A DNA stretch of 64,000 bases, from NCBI GenBank assembly GCA_016702335.1, contig JADJEF010000020.1:1538032-1602031 (forward strand). Reading direction: 5' to 3'. The notes under the pieces are model-generated. The model was not told the origin of the DNA, did not search any database, and saw nothing but the letters and a program-made list of their open reading frames with translations. This document shows positions 1-9,476 of this stretch, one piece after another; the first letter of the stretch is position 1, and every line of letters begins with the position of its first letter. The translations under genes and the position numbers were made by a program. Source of the DNA: Rhodocyclaceae bacterium. Lineage in GTDB: Bacteria > Pseudomonadota > Gammaproteobacteria > Burkholderiales > Rhodocyclaceae.

Positions 1-1
1 G

Positions 2-292
2 CTGGGTGTGGCCGAGTTGTCGGTGCTCGAGGATGTCCGGCAGGGCCCCTGGCTTGTCGTGCTGGGCACGTTTGCCGAGTCGGCAGCGGCGCAGAAGCTG
101 CTCGATGAGCTGGGTCCGCGCGGTGTGCGTTCGGCCCGGCTGCTCACTCGCGAGTCAGCAGCGAGCACGTTTTCTGTGACGCTGAACTGGCCTGAACCCG
201 TCAGCAGTGCACGTCGCCAGTTACTTCAGGACTGGCTTGCCGGCCTGCCTGCCGGCCACGCGGTGCGCACCACCGCCTGCGCCGCGAAGTAA
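2..292 (+). CDS. 3' end of a gene that begins upstream of the window; hypothetical protein, possibly SPOR-like
   Basis: ORF is open from the window start (frame of the 8..292 ORF) and stops at 292, just before coaE. The WLVVLGTFAESAAAQKLLDEL segment resembles a SPOR domain. No strong homology recognised. Confidence 0.35.
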   Translation: MGVAELSVLEDVRQGPWLVVLGTFAESAAAQKLLDELGPRGVRSARLLTRESAASTFSVTLNWPEPVSSARRQLLQDWLAGLPAGHAVRTTACAAK

Positions 293-299
293 GCCCACG

Positions 300-950
300 A
301 TGGCGGTGCTGGCCCCTGTTATTGGCCTCACCGGGGGTATCGGCAGTGGCAAGAGTGCTGTTGCAGAGGTTTTTGCTGCCCATGGCGCGGTTATTGTCGA
401 TACCGACGCCATTGCCCACACGATGACCGGTCCGAGCGGCGCGGCCATGGCCGCGGTGGCGACCGCCTTCGGTTCGGCGGTACTCACCCCGGCAGGTGCG
501 CTGGATCGTGCCGCCATGCGTGAACTGGCGTTCGCCGACCCGGCGGCACGTGCCCGGCTTGAGGGCATCCTGCACCCGGCAATACGCGCCGAGAGTGCCC
601 GTCAGGTGGCTCAGGCCCAAGCCGACCCGGTTGTTCCCTACGTTATTCTTGCCGTCCCGCTGCTGGTGGAGTCGGGTGCCTACACGCGCGGCAATGGCCG
701 CGTGGATCGCGTCTGCGTGGTCGATTGCGCTGAAGAAACCCAGATTCTCCGGGTCATGGGTCGCTCTGGCTTGAGCCGTGAGCAGGTGCTCGGCATCATG
801 TCGGCGCAGGCGACGCGGGCCCAGCGGCTGGTGGTGGCCGACGACGTCATCGACAACAACGGCACCCTTGCCGCCTTGCAGGCGCAAGTCGCTGTCCTTG
901 ACCTGCGGTATCGAAGGATTAGCGGGGGAAATTCGCCAAATGCCGAGTAA
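300..950 (+). CDS. coaE: dephospho-CoA kinase
   Basis: P-loop GLTGGIGSGKS lies right after Met at 300. Typical CoaE length of about 215 aa. Followed by zapD, as in many proteobacteria. The upstream in-frame extension from 207 is rejected. Confidence 0.9.
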   Translation: MAVLAPVIGLTGGIGSGKSAVAEVFAAHGAVIVDTDAIAHTMTGPSGAAMAAVATAFGSAVLTPAGALDRAAMRELAFADPAARARLEGILHPAIRAESARQVAQAQADPVVPYVILAVPLLVESGAYTRGNGRVDRVCVVDCAEETQILRVMGRSGLSREQVLGIMSAQATRAQRLVVADDVIDNNGTLAALQAQVAVLDLRYRRISGGNSPNAE

Positions 951-1011
951 ATATTGTTGTTTGCGCTCGGCTGCGCGAGAATCGCGCGGTGGATGAACTT
1001 TTTCTGACTGT

Positions 1012-1767
1012 GTGACTACCTACGAATACCCGCTCAGCGAGCGCGTGCGCACCCTGCTGCGTCTTGAAGATTTGTTCGAGAAGCTGGGCCACTTCGCCGA
1101 AAGCGATGCGGGGCATGACCATCACGTCGCGCTCACCACGCTGTTTGAAGTGCTCGAAGTCGCCAGTCGCGCCGACCTTAAATTCGATCTGGTGCAGGAA
1201 CTGGAGCGCCAGCGACAGATTTTGCTCTCGTTCCGCAACAACCCCGACATTTCCGAAGAGGCACTATCCGGCGCGCTCTACGAGATCGAGCAGGCCTCGG
1301 CATCCCTGCTCGCCATGCATGGCAAGATTGGTCAGTATCTGCGCGAGAACGACTGGCTCATGGCGATCAAGAACCGGGTGGCCATTCCCGGCGGGGCCTG
1401 CGAGTTTGATTTACCGGGCTATCACTACTGGCTGAATCTGACCCCCGATGTCCGCCGCCGTGATATCAACGGCTGGGTTGCCCCAATGCTGCCGATTCAG
1501 TCGGGTCTCGCGATCGTGCTGCGTTTGCTGCGTTCATCAGGCCGCTCAGAAAATCTCGAAGGCAAGCGCGGGGCGTTTCAGCTCATGTTGCAGGGGCGTA
1601 CTGCGCAATTGATCCGCATTCGCATCGCTGATGGCGAGCCCTATATCCCCGAGATTTCAGCAGGTAAATTCGCCATCAACATTCGCTTTCTCGCTCCCGA
1701 CATGTCGGCCAGGCCCAAGGCGGTCGAGGCGGATGTCCGCTTCGCGATGACGATGTGCAACCTGTAA
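1012..1767 (+). CDS. zapD: cell division protein ZapD (YacF)
   Basis: N-terminus MTTYEYPLSERVRTLLRLEDLF is characteristic of ZapD. 251 aa. Conserved position downstream of coaE. Confidence 0.88.
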   Translation: MTTYEYPLSERVRTLLRLEDLFEKLGHFAESDAGHDHHVALTTLFEVLEVASRADLKFDLVQELERQRQILLSFRNNPDISEEALSGALYEIEQASASLLAMHGKIGQYLRENDWLMAIKNRVAIPGGACEFDLPGYHYWLNLTPDVRRRDINGWVAPMLPIQSGLAIVLRLLRSSGRSENLEGKRGAFQLMLQGRTAQLIRIRIADGEPYIPEISAGKFAINIRFLAPDMSARPKAVEADVRFAMTMCNL

Positions 1768-1789
1768 CCGCACCAGCGGTTCGGTGTCT

Positions 1790-3613
1790 CTAGCGCGCCG
1801 GCAGCACCAAAGAAAACTCGACCTGCTTGTCGTCACTGAAGCTCAGCGTAATGTCACCACCATGCGCCCGGGCAATCTCGCGCGCTAGCGCCAGCCCGAG
1901 GCCGACGCCTTCGACCGTACGGCTGTGCGCCGCATCGGCGCGGAAAAAGCGCTCGAACAGTTTTTTGCGCTGCGTGGCCGAGATGCCGGCCGAGGCATTG
2001 CTCACTTTCACCTCGACGCGCTGCGACCAGTGCAGCAGCGTGATGCGCACCCACCCGTCCGGGAGGTTGTACTTGATGGCATTGCTGATCAGGTTGTGCA
2101 GCACCTGGCGCAGCATAGTGCCATCGGCCTGAATCACAATGCCGGGGGCGATATTGCCATCGACAGTGAGGTGGGGTGCCAGCATGCGCGTGTCTTCGAT
2201 CAGATCGTCGAGTGCCTCCGAAAGATTGAAACTCTCGCGCAGCAGACTCATGTGCCCGGCATCGGCTTGCGAGAGCAGCATCAGCTTGCGTGAAATGCCT
2301 GACAGCCGGCGCACCTCGTCGAGAATGCCGGACAACTGCGCCTGCAGCGGTGAGCCATCGTCGGCACTCTGGATCGCCCGCTCCAGCTGGCCTTGCAGGA
2401 TGGCCAGCGGCGTTTTCAGCTCATGGGCGGCATCGGCGGAAAAGCGCTGCGATTGCTTGAAACTGCGCTCCAGCCGTTCGAGCATGCGGTTAAAAACCTC
2501 GATCAGTTCGCCAAACTCTTCGTCTTCGTCCTGTGTGGCGATGCGTTGATCCAGGCCCTCTGCGGTGACCTTGCGTGCGGCGAAGGTCAGTTTGCGCAGC
2601 GGTTTGAGTGCTCGGCTGGCGACCACCCAACTGGCGACGCCGATCAGCACTAACGCGAAGGGCAAGGCCAACAGAAAGGCATTGCGCATGCTGCGCATGT
2701 CGTCGGCAATCACCTGCGCATTGACGGCAATAGCCACGCGTCCGTTGTCAGTCACGCCGAGGCCAATGCGCCATTCCTGACCATCGACTACGCGTACCAA
2801 TTGTGCGGTGGCAGGCGGAACGCGGCGCGGCGGCGGAAGGGATTCGAGGGGCGGTGGCGGCAAACCGGTGCCGGGTGGTGGGCGTAGCTCCTCACTGGCT
2901 GTCGCCCCACTGTCGGCAGTGACCGGAGTGGCGGGCTCGCCCGGGCTCGTCGATGGCGGCGGGAGTGGCGGCTGAAGCGGCGGCGCAGAAAATACGGGTT
3001 CGGAGGTGCTGCTGGCAGGGCTAGGTGGCGGTAGTCTGAGCGCCATGCCTGCCGGGGGCGGAGCGCTCTCACCGTTGGCGTTGCTTGCAACACCACGCGG
3101 TGGCTGATTGCCGGCACGCGGCGGCGGGAATGGACCACCGATCCCCGCAGGACCACCGGGACCACCGGGACCACCGGGGCCACCCATGCCCGGGCGCGGG
3201 CGACCGCCACCAGGTGGTTCCTGTGCGTGGGCCGAGGCAAACAGCCAGCTACCACTATCCACCACCGGTGCCACGCCCGGCACTGGCCAGGGCAGTGCGT
3301 CACTATCAAGCCCGGCGGGCCAATGCGGCGAACGGTACACGGTATCGCCGCTTTCATCCTGCACCAGCAGCACCAGATCGGTGGGGTTCTTGACCCCGAT
3401 CGCCGTGGTCATGCGCCCGAGCGGTCGCTGCCAGTCGATGACTTCAACGAACCGGGTGACCTCGCGCTCGGCATGAGTCCTCACCTCACTGTCAATGCGT
3501 TCGAGTTTGATCGAGCGCACCAGCCACCACGTACCACCGCCAAAGGCGATCAGCACCAGGCCCGAAAGCAGTGCACTCAACAGCGCAATGCGCAGGCGGA
3601 AGGAGCGGGTCAT
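1790..3613 (-). CDS. two-component sensor histidine kinase with long Pro/Gly-rich periplasmic low-complexity region
   Basis: N-terminal TM, then a second TM and HAMP-like segment. H-box HELKTPLAILQGQLE. HATPase_c motifs (NLISNAIKY, GVGLGLAL). Overlaps the response regulator gene by 4 bp. Confidence 0.85.
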   Translation of the reverse strand: MTRSFRLRIALLSALLSGLVLIAFGGGTWWLVRSIKLERIDSEVRTHAEREVTRFVEVIDWQRPLGRMTTAIGVKNPTDLVLLVQDESGDTVYRSPHWPAGLDSDALPWPVPGVAPVVDSGSWLFASAHAQEPPGGGRPRPGMGGPGGPGGPGGPAGIGGPFPPPRAGNQPPRGVASNANGESAPPPAGMALRLPPPSPASSTSEPVFSAPPLQPPLPPPSTSPGEPATPVTADSGATASEELRPPPGTGLPPPPLESLPPPRRVPPATAQLVRVVDGQEWRIGLGVTDNGRVAIAVNAQVIADDMRSMRNAFLLALPFALVLIGVASWVVASRALKPLRKLTFAARKVTAEGLDQRIATQDEDEEFGELIEVFNRMLERLERSFKQSQRFSADAAHELKTPLAILQGQLERAIQSADDGSPLQAQLSGILDEVRRLSGISRKLMLLSQADAGHMSLLRESFNLSEALDDLIEDTRMLAPHLTVDGNIAPGIVIQADGTMLRQVLHNLISNAIKYNLPDGWVRITLLHWSQRVEVKVSNASAGISATQRKKLFERFFRADAAHSRTVEGVGLGLALAREIARAHGGDITLSFSDDKQVEFSLVLPAR

Positions 3614-4305
3614 GACGCCTCAGTCAGCTTGCGAAAACGGTAGCCGACACCGCGCACCGCTTCGATGGGCGATTCGCCATCCGCGGCCACGCCAAGCGAG
3701 GCGATCTTTTTGCGGATACGCTGTATGCACACATCGACCACATTGGTGCTCGGGTCGAAGTCGTAACCCCAGACGTGCTCGAGAATCTGCGTGCGCGTGA
3801 ACACCCGGCCGGGCGAGCGCATCAGGTATTCGATAAGGTTGAATTCGCGCCCGGTCAGATCGACCGTCTGACCATGCCAGGTGACTTCGCGGCTGATGCG
3901 ATCCAGGCGCAGTTCGCCCACCGCCAGAATGTTCTGCCGCTCGCCCGAGACGCGGCGCAGCAGCGCCTGCACTCGCGCGATCAGTTCTTCAACGAAGAAG
4001 GGCTTGGCCAGATAGTCGTCCGCCCCGAGTGACAGGCCTTCGACGCGGTCATCAAGCTCATTGCGTGCGGTGAGCAGGATGACCGGTGTGGCATTGCCCG
4101 CCTTGCGCAGGCCCTTGAGGATGGACAGCCCGTCGCGCCCGGGCAGCATGATGTCGAGCACGATCACATCGTAGCTGCCGGTGCTGGCGCGGGCAAAACC
4201 CTCGGTGCCGTCGGCACAGTGCTCGACGACAAAGCCCTGCTCCTTGAAGCCGGCGCATACGAAGTCGGCGATTTTCTTCTCGTCTTCTACCAGCAGCACT
4301 TTCAT
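3610..4305 (-). CDS. OmpR/PhoB-family response regulator
   Basis: Receiver domain (MKVLLVEDE...DVIVLDIMLPGRDG...LTAR) plus winged-helix C-terminus (VWGYDFDPSTNVVDVCIQRIRKKI). 231 aa. Confidence 0.9.
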   Translation of the reverse strand: MKVLLVEDEKKIADFVCAGFKEQGFVVEHCADGTEGFARASTGSYDVIVLDIMLPGRDGLSILKGLRKAGNATPVILLTARNELDDRVEGLSLGADDYLAKPFFVEELIARVQALLRRVSGERQNILAVGELRLDRISREVTWHGQTVDLTGREFNLIEYLMRSPGRVFTRTQILEHVWGYDFDPSTNVVDVCIQRIRKKIASLGVAADGESPIEAVRGVGYRFRKLTEAS

Positions 4306-4472
4306 GGGCGGCCTTCCCGTGTTTTTCCTGCATGGAGATTAGCGCGCGCGGCCGTGCACCGCCAATGACAAATCTGTAATCAAAGCGCGGGGGTAGGCGT
4401 TAGGCGCCGGGTAAATCATTCGCTCCAGCAACGCAACACAACTACACCACATCACACCCAAAGGAGCAGCGC

Positions 4473-4739
4473 ATGACCGCACGACAAGTGGAGTTTCCCA
4501 AGACCGAGGTACTGCAGCGATTGGCGCTCAGTGACAGCGGCTTTGTCTTCGATCCGCTCAGCGGCGCCAGCTACACCGTCAATACCACGGGCATTGCCCT
4601 GCTGCGCCGCCTGCAGCATTACGACGGCGACATTACCCGCCTGGTCGCTGGCCTGCGCACAGAATTCGAGGTCGATGCCGCCGTCGCCGAACAGGACACG
4701 GTGGAGTTTGCCGGCGTACTGCGGAGCTACTTCAAATGA
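4473..4739 (+). CDS. PqqD-family / RRE-like small protein (peptide-chaperone fold)
   Basis: 88 aa. Strong RBS aaaggag precedes the ATG. Sequence pattern (L.RL.LSDSGFVFDPLSG.SYTVN.TG..LL..L...) resembles the PqqD family. Stop overlaps the next start (ATGA). Confidence 0.6.
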   Translation: MTARQVEFPKTEVLQRLALSDSGFVFDPLSGASYTVNTTGIALLRRLQHYDGDITRLVAGLRTEFEVDAAVAEQDTVEFAGVLRSYFK

Positions 4740-5851
4740 ACGCCCTGCCTGTGAGAACAATGCACACTGACCCGATCACCGTCGCTATCACCGGCATGAA
4801 CGCACTGCCGGAAAACCCCGGCCCCGGCCTCGCCGTAGCGCGCTGCCTGCGCGAAGCCTTGGGCGAGGGTGTGCGCATTATCGGCCTGGGCTACGACGCG
4901 CTCGATCCGGGCATGTACCTCGACACCTATACCGATGTCGCCTACCTGCTCTCCTACCCGTTGCATGGCAGCGAGGCATTGCTCGAGCGCTTGCAGGAGA
5001 TTCAGCGCATCGAGCAGATCGACGTGCTGATCCCCTGTCTGGATGCCGAGTTGCCACTGATGGTGGCGTTGGCCGAACAAATTACGGCCATGGGCATTCG
5101 CACTTTTTTGCCCGATGCCACGCAATTGCAACGACGCACCAAGGATCGTCTGCCCGAGCTGTGCAAAACCGCCGCCGTGGGCTGCCCGGAGATACAGCCG
5201 CTCAACAGCGCGGCCTTCTTCTACAGCGGCGAAGCCGAGGGGTGGAGCTACCCGCTGGTGGTCAAGGGGCCTTTTTACGACGCCAAGATTTGTCGCAATG
5301 CCGCCGAGGCCACCGCCGCCTTTTACGCCATTGCCGCTGAATGGGGTTACCCGGTGCTGGCCCAGCGCTTCATTGCCGGCGAGGAATACAACCTCGCCGC
5401 GTTGGGCGACGGCAAGGGCGCCATGCTCGGTGAAGTGATGATGAAAAAGCGCGCGCTGACCGCCAAGGGCAAGGCCTGGGCCGGCATTGCCATCAATGAT
5501 GCGGCGCTCGGCGACTTCGCCCGTCGTCTGGTCGCGGAGCTGAAATGGAAAGGCCCGCTCGAAGTCGAAGTGATGCGCGACGAGCACGGCCAGTACCAGC
5601 TCATCGAGATTAACCCGCGCTTTCCGGCGTGGATCTATCTCTCGCAGGGCGTGGGCCGCAACCTGCCGGCGCTGCTGCTGGATCTGGCGCTCGGACGCAC
5701 GCCCGAAGCACTACCGGCGTCACGCCCGGGCACGATGTTCATCCGCTACGCGCAGGAAACCATTGTCGAGCTCAGCGAGTTCGAAACCATGATGATCAAT
5801 GGCAGCACCGTCAATTTCAACCCGCCCTTCAATCTGGGCAAAGGAGAATAA
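4736..5851 (+). CDS. ATP-grasp domain ligase (amino-acid/peptide ligase-like)
   Basis: 371 aa. ATP-grasp signatures (PLVVKGPFYDAKI..., EYNLAALGDGKG, LIEINPRFPAWIYL). Translationally coupled to the PqqD-like gene. Confidence 0.8.
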   Translation: MNALPVRTMHTDPITVAITGMNALPENPGPGLAVARCLREALGEGVRIIGLGYDALDPGMYLDTYTDVAYLLSYPLHGSEALLERLQEIQRIEQIDVLIPCLDAELPLMVALAEQITAMGIRTFLPDATQLQRRTKDRLPELCKTAAVGCPEIQPLNSAAFFYSGEAEGWSYPLVVKGPFYDAKICRNAAEATAAFYAIAAEWGYPVLAQRFIAGEEYNLAALGDGKGAMLGEVMMKKRALTAKGKAWAGIAINDAALGDFARRLVAELKWKGPLEVEVMRDEHGQYQLIEINPRFPAWIYLSQGVGRNLPALLLDLALGRTPEALPASRPGTMFIRYAQETIVELSEFETMMINGSTVNFNPPFNLGKGE

Positions 5852-5853
5852 AC

Positions 5854-7242
5854 ATGGGACACCTTCACCCCTGGATCAAGCCCGTACTCACCGCCCACCG
5901 CGCCGGTGTCATGAACAAGTTCGGTGCCGTGCGCGCGCAGTTTCATCAGCCCGATGTCGATGGCGTGGACATCACCGGCCTGATCGAAAAGTTCGGCTCG
6001 CCGCTCTACATTCTCTCCGAGAAAACCCTGCGCCAGACCGTGCGCCGGCTCAAGCGCGCCTTTGCCACGCGCTGGCCGCGCGTGCGCCACGGCTGGTCGT
6101 ACAAGACCAACTATCTGGGCGCGGTGTGCACCACCCTGCATCAGGAAGGCTCGTGGGCCGAAGTCGTGTCGGCCTACGAGTACCAGAAGGCACGGGCGCT
6201 GGGCGTGCCCGGCTCGCGCATCATCTTCAACGGCCCGCTGAAAGGCGTCGAGATTCTCGAGCAGGCCATCAATGAAGGGGCCACGCTGCACATCGACCAT
6301 TTCGATGAGCTCTACGCCATCGAGCAGATTGCCCAGCGCCTCGACAAGCAGGTGCCGGTCGGCCTGCGCCTGACCTTCGATACCGGCTACACCGACGCCT
6401 GGAGCCGCTTCGGCTTCCATCTCGAATCGGGCGCGGCCATGGACGCGGTGCAGCGCATCGGCGCCAGCCGCCACCTCAAGCTCACCGGCCTGCACAGCCA
6501 CATTGGCACCTTTGTGCTCGACGTGCGCGCTTATGCCGCGCAAGCCAAGATCATGGCCGGCTTCATGGAGCAGGCCGAACAGGCCATCGGCTGCCGCATC
6601 GAGTATCTCGACATTGGCGGCGGCTTCGCCTCGAAGAACGCGCTGCAGGGCTTGTATCTGCCGCCCGAGCAGGTGGTGCCCAGCTTCGAACAATACGCCG
6701 AAGCCATTACCGGCGCGCTGCTGGAGGCCACGCGTGAGCGGGCAGGCAAGGGCAAGCCGCTGCCCGAGTTAGTGCTGGAAACCGGCCGCGCCGTGGTCGA
6801 TGAAGCGGAAGTGCTGATCACCAGCGTGGTCGGCGGCAAGCGCCTGCCCGATGGGCGGCGCGCCGCGATTCTCGATGCCGGAGTCAATCTGTTGTTCACC
6901 GCCTTCTGGTACAACCACGAGGTGCGCCCGGTGCGCCCGCTCGATGGCATTGCCGAAGACACGGTGCTCTACGGCCCGTTGTGCATGAACATCGATGTGC
7001 TGCGCAGTTCCATCATGCTGCCGCCGCTCAATGTCGGCGAGGCGCTGGTGATCCGTAATGTCGGTGCCTACAACAATACCCAGTGGATGCAGTTCATCCA
7101 GCTGCGCCCGGCCATTGTCATGGTGCGCGAAGATGGCAGTGTCGATCTGATCCGCGACGCCGAGCAGGTGGAAACGCTGAGCAACATGGAGCACCTGCCG
7201 GCGAATCTGCAGCAGCCGTTTCCGAAAGGATTGCCGCAGTGA
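5854..7242 (+). CDS. type-III PLP-dependent decarboxylase (DapDC/ODC fold)
   Basis: RBS aaggaga lies 7 bp upstream of ATG 5854. Motifs GSPLYILSEKTLRQ, RIIFNGPLK, LDIGGGF and GPLCMNID match the diaminopimelate/ornithine decarboxylase family. The in-frame extension from 5629 overlaps the ATP-grasp gene and is rejected. Confidence 0.8.
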   Translation: MGHLHPWIKPVLTAHRAGVMNKFGAVRAQFHQPDVDGVDITGLIEKFGSPLYILSEKTLRQTVRRLKRAFATRWPRVRHGWSYKTNYLGAVCTTLHQEGSWAEVVSAYEYQKARALGVPGSRIIFNGPLKGVEILEQAINEGATLHIDHFDELYAIEQIAQRLDKQVPVGLRLTFDTGYTDAWSRFGFHLESGAAMDAVQRIGASRHLKLTGLHSHIGTFVLDVRAYAAQAKIMAGFMEQAEQAIGCRIEYLDIGGGFASKNALQGLYLPPEQVVPSFEQYAEAITGALLEATRERAGKGKPLPELVLETGRAVVDEAEVLITSVVGGKRLPDGRRAAILDAGVNLLFTAFWYNHEVRPVRPLDGIAEDTVLYGPLCMNIDVLRSSIMLPPLNVGEALVIRNVGAYNNTQWMQFIQLRPAIVMVREDGSVDLIRDAEQVETLSNMEHLPANLQQPFPKGLPQ

Positions 7243-9464
7243 ACAGCAGCACCGCAAGTGCCGGAACCCGCCGCATGCCTGATCATCGCGCAAATCGCCG
7301 TGTTACCAGCGCCGACTTGCGGAATAGCGTAGGCAATCGACTGGAAAGCGCATTTCGCGGCCACTTGGAAAGCGCCTTGCGCGCCTACGCCGGGGTGCTG
7401 TTCTGCACCTCACCCCGGCTGGGCGCCTGGCTGGCGGCGATCACCTGGTGTGCGCCGCGCGCGGCGGCGGCGGGCACGCTAGCGCTGCTGGCGTCCATGC
7501 TCTGGGCACGGCTGTTTTCGCTGGAGAAAAGCGGCGAGGGGCATCTGGTCAACAGCCTGCTGGCCGGGCTGTGCCTCGGTGCCTTTCATGCCTTTGACAG
7601 CGTGCTGGCCGGCTGGCTGTTGGCTGCGTCACTCCTCACTACCCTGCTCACCCACGCGCTGGCCGGCCCGCTCTGGCAGCTGGCGCGCCTGCCGGTGCTC
7701 AGCCTGCCCTTTGTGCTCGGCAGCTGGGCGGTGAGCCTCGGCGCGCATCAGTCCTTTTCCCTGTCGATGACCGGCACTACGCTCAATCACCTCGCCGGGC
7801 CATCGTTCGGCAGTTGGGGCGATGCGTTTTTTACCGCGCTGGGCTGGCTGTTGCTGGTGCCCTACCCGCTGGCGGGTGCACTGATCTTTGCCGGCCTCAT
7901 CGCCGCCTCGCGCTATCTGGCCCTGCTCGCGCTCGCTGGCTATCTGGCCGGCCAGTTGGTAATCGCGCTGCTCGCCCACGGCGATACGCAAGCCACCGGC
8001 TTCAACTTCATGCTCGCCAGCATGGCGCTCGGCGGCACCTTCGCCGTGCCCGGCCGGCTGAGCTTTGCCGTTGCGCTCGGTGGCGGCGCGCTGGCCGCGG
8101 CGCTGGTCCTGATGCTCGCGGCACCCCTGGGCGCACAGGGCTTGAGTCTGCTCACCCTGCCCTTCATTCTTGCGGTGTATTTGTGGCTGGCAGCGCTGGG
8201 CAGTCGCGTGCACTCCGGCTCGCTGCAGCTACGTCTGGCACACCCCGGCGACCCGGAAAGCGCCTTCGCCGCCGAGCGGCTGGGGCGGGCGCGCGGTCTC
8301 GCCGGCGACAGCATCGACAGCATTCCGCTGGCCGTACCCTTCTATGGCGAATGGCAGGTCACGCAGGGCTTCGATGGCGAGCACACGCATCAGGCATCGT
8401 GGCAGCATGCGCTGGATTTTGAAATCTTCGCAGACGATGCGCCCGGCAGCGGCAACGGCGATGCCCGCGAGGACTATTTCTGCTTTGGCGCGCCTGTGCT
8501 GGCACCTGCCGCCGGCACCGTGGTCGCCACCGTCGATCACCTGCCCGACTGCCGGCCCGGCGAGGCGGATCTGGCCAACAACTGGGGCAACCATGTACTG
8601 ATCCGCACCGCCGGCGGTGTGTACGTGCTACTTGCGCATCTGCGCCAACACAGCCTCTGCGTCCAGCCCGGTGCCTGGGTGACGGTAGGCGAGCGCATCG
8701 CCGCCTGCGGCAGCTCGGGCCGCTCGCCGGTGCCGCACCTGCATCTGCAGGTGCAAAGCACCGCCGCGCTGGGCAGCCCGACCCTGCCCTTTCATCTGGT
8801 CAATGTCATCGTGCGCCAGGCTGATGCAGAGAGCGAGTTTCGCCTCTGTCATCGCCCCACGCAGGGCGAAGCGATTGCCGGCGTGCAGCGCGACGAGGTA
8901 CTGGCACAGGCCATGGTGCCGACCGTGGGCATGGCCACACACTACCGCTTACCTTCTGGCGGGCAAGCCAGTCTGCGCGCCGAGTTGACCCTGCTCGGGC
9001 AGGCTCGTCTGCACTGTGACAACGGCACTCAACATGCCTCCTGTGCCTTTGACGGACAGGGGGCGAGCCTGGCCGCCTATGATCGGCAGGGGCCGCGCAG
9101 CCCGCTGCTCGATACCTGGCTGCTCGCCCTGGGCCTGAGTGCTCTGAGCAGCGCGGCACAGAGCTGGCGCGATGCCCCGGCACTTGAGCTGTGGCCGCTG
9201 GCACCCTGGCAACGCGCCCTGGTCGCCCTGCTCTATCCGCTGGGCGCGGCCGGACGCAGCCACTACCAGCGCCACTGGGATCTCGCCGAGCAATGCTGGC
9301 GCATTGACGGTACGCATCACTTCACTCTGTTGCCCGGACTACGCGCCCTGCACTGGCAGGCGACCACCCACGCCTGGGTCGCCCCCGGCCAAGGCGTTCG
9401 GCGCCTGCACGTAAGCATGGACGATCGCTGCTGGTTGGCACACCTCGAATCACCCACCCACTAA
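7239..9464 (+). CDS. polytopic membrane domain (urea-transporter-like) fused to C-terminal M23 (LytM-type) metallopeptidase
   Basis: About 8-10 hydrophobic helices in the N-terminal roughly 350 aa. C-terminal M23 motifs HQASWQHALDF (HxxxD) and HLHLQV (HxH). Start is GTG 7239 overlapping the upstream stop, or ATG 7275. A copy of the dispersed repeat lies in the 5' end. Confidence 0.7.
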   Translation: MNSSTASAGTRRMPDHRANRRVTSADLRNSVGNRLESAFRGHLESALRAYAGVLFCTSPRLGAWLAAITWCAPRAAAAGTLALLASMLWARLFSLEKSGEGHLVNSLLAGLCLGAFHAFDSVLAGWLLAASLLTTLLTHALAGPLWQLARLPVLSLPFVLGSWAVSLGAHQSFSLSMTGTTLNHLAGPSFGSWGDAFFTALGWLLLVPYPLAGALIFAGLIAASRYLALLALAGYLAGQLVIALLAHGDTQATGFNFMLASMALGGTFAVPGRLSFAVALGGGALAAALVLMLAAPLGAQGLSLLTLPFILAVYLWLAALGSRVHSGSLQLRLAHPGDPESAFAAERLGRARGLAGDSIDSIPLAVPFYGEWQVTQGFDGEHTHQASWQHALDFEIFADDAPGSGNGDAREDYFCFGAPVLAPAAGTVVATVDHLPDCRPGEADLANNWGNHVLIRTAGGVYVLLAHLRQHSLCVQPGAWVTVGERIAACGSSGRSPVPHLHLQVQSTAALGSPTLPFHLVNVIVRQADAESEFRLCHRPTQGEAIAGVQRDEVLAQAMVPTVGMATHYRLPSGGQASLRAELTLLGQARLHCDNGTQHASCAFDGQGASLAAYDRQGPRSPLLDTWLLALGLSALSSAAQSWRDAPALELWPLAPWQRALVALLYPLGAAGRSHYQRHWDLAEQCWRIDGTHHFTLLPGLRALHWQATTHAWVAPGQGVRRLHVSMDDRCWLAHLESPTH
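7291..7325 (+). repeat. dispersed element copy 1 (gcaaatCGCCGTgttaCCAGCGCCGACTTGCGGaat)
   Basis: Read directly from the sequence. Lies in the 5' end of the M23-fusion gene, just downstream of the decarboxylase stop. Confidence 0.85.
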
Positions 9465-9476
9465 ACGGAGAATCTC

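Noticed and set aside
207-299. Upstream in-frame extension of coaE (ORF called from 207)
   Set aside because: It overlaps the upstream gene's 3' end. The P-loop lies immediately after Met 300. The extension is Pro/Ala-rich junk typical of high-GC read-through.
5629-5853. N-terminal extension of the decarboxylase ORF
   Set aside because: It overlaps the ATP-grasp gene in another frame. A strong RBS (aaggaga) and conserved N-terminus begin at 5854.
7083-7238. Extension of the M23-fusion ORF back into the decarboxylase gene
   Set aside because: It overlaps the decarboxylase 3' end. GTG 7239 / ATG 7275 gives a coupled start.
8229-9320. Numerous 60-200 aa ORFs antisense to or overlapping the large genes (e.g. 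8229..8594, 8806..9204, 26910..27437, 36894..38912)
   Set aside because: These are typical high-GC shadow ORFs, all nested in or antisense to strongly supported genes, with no independent signals.
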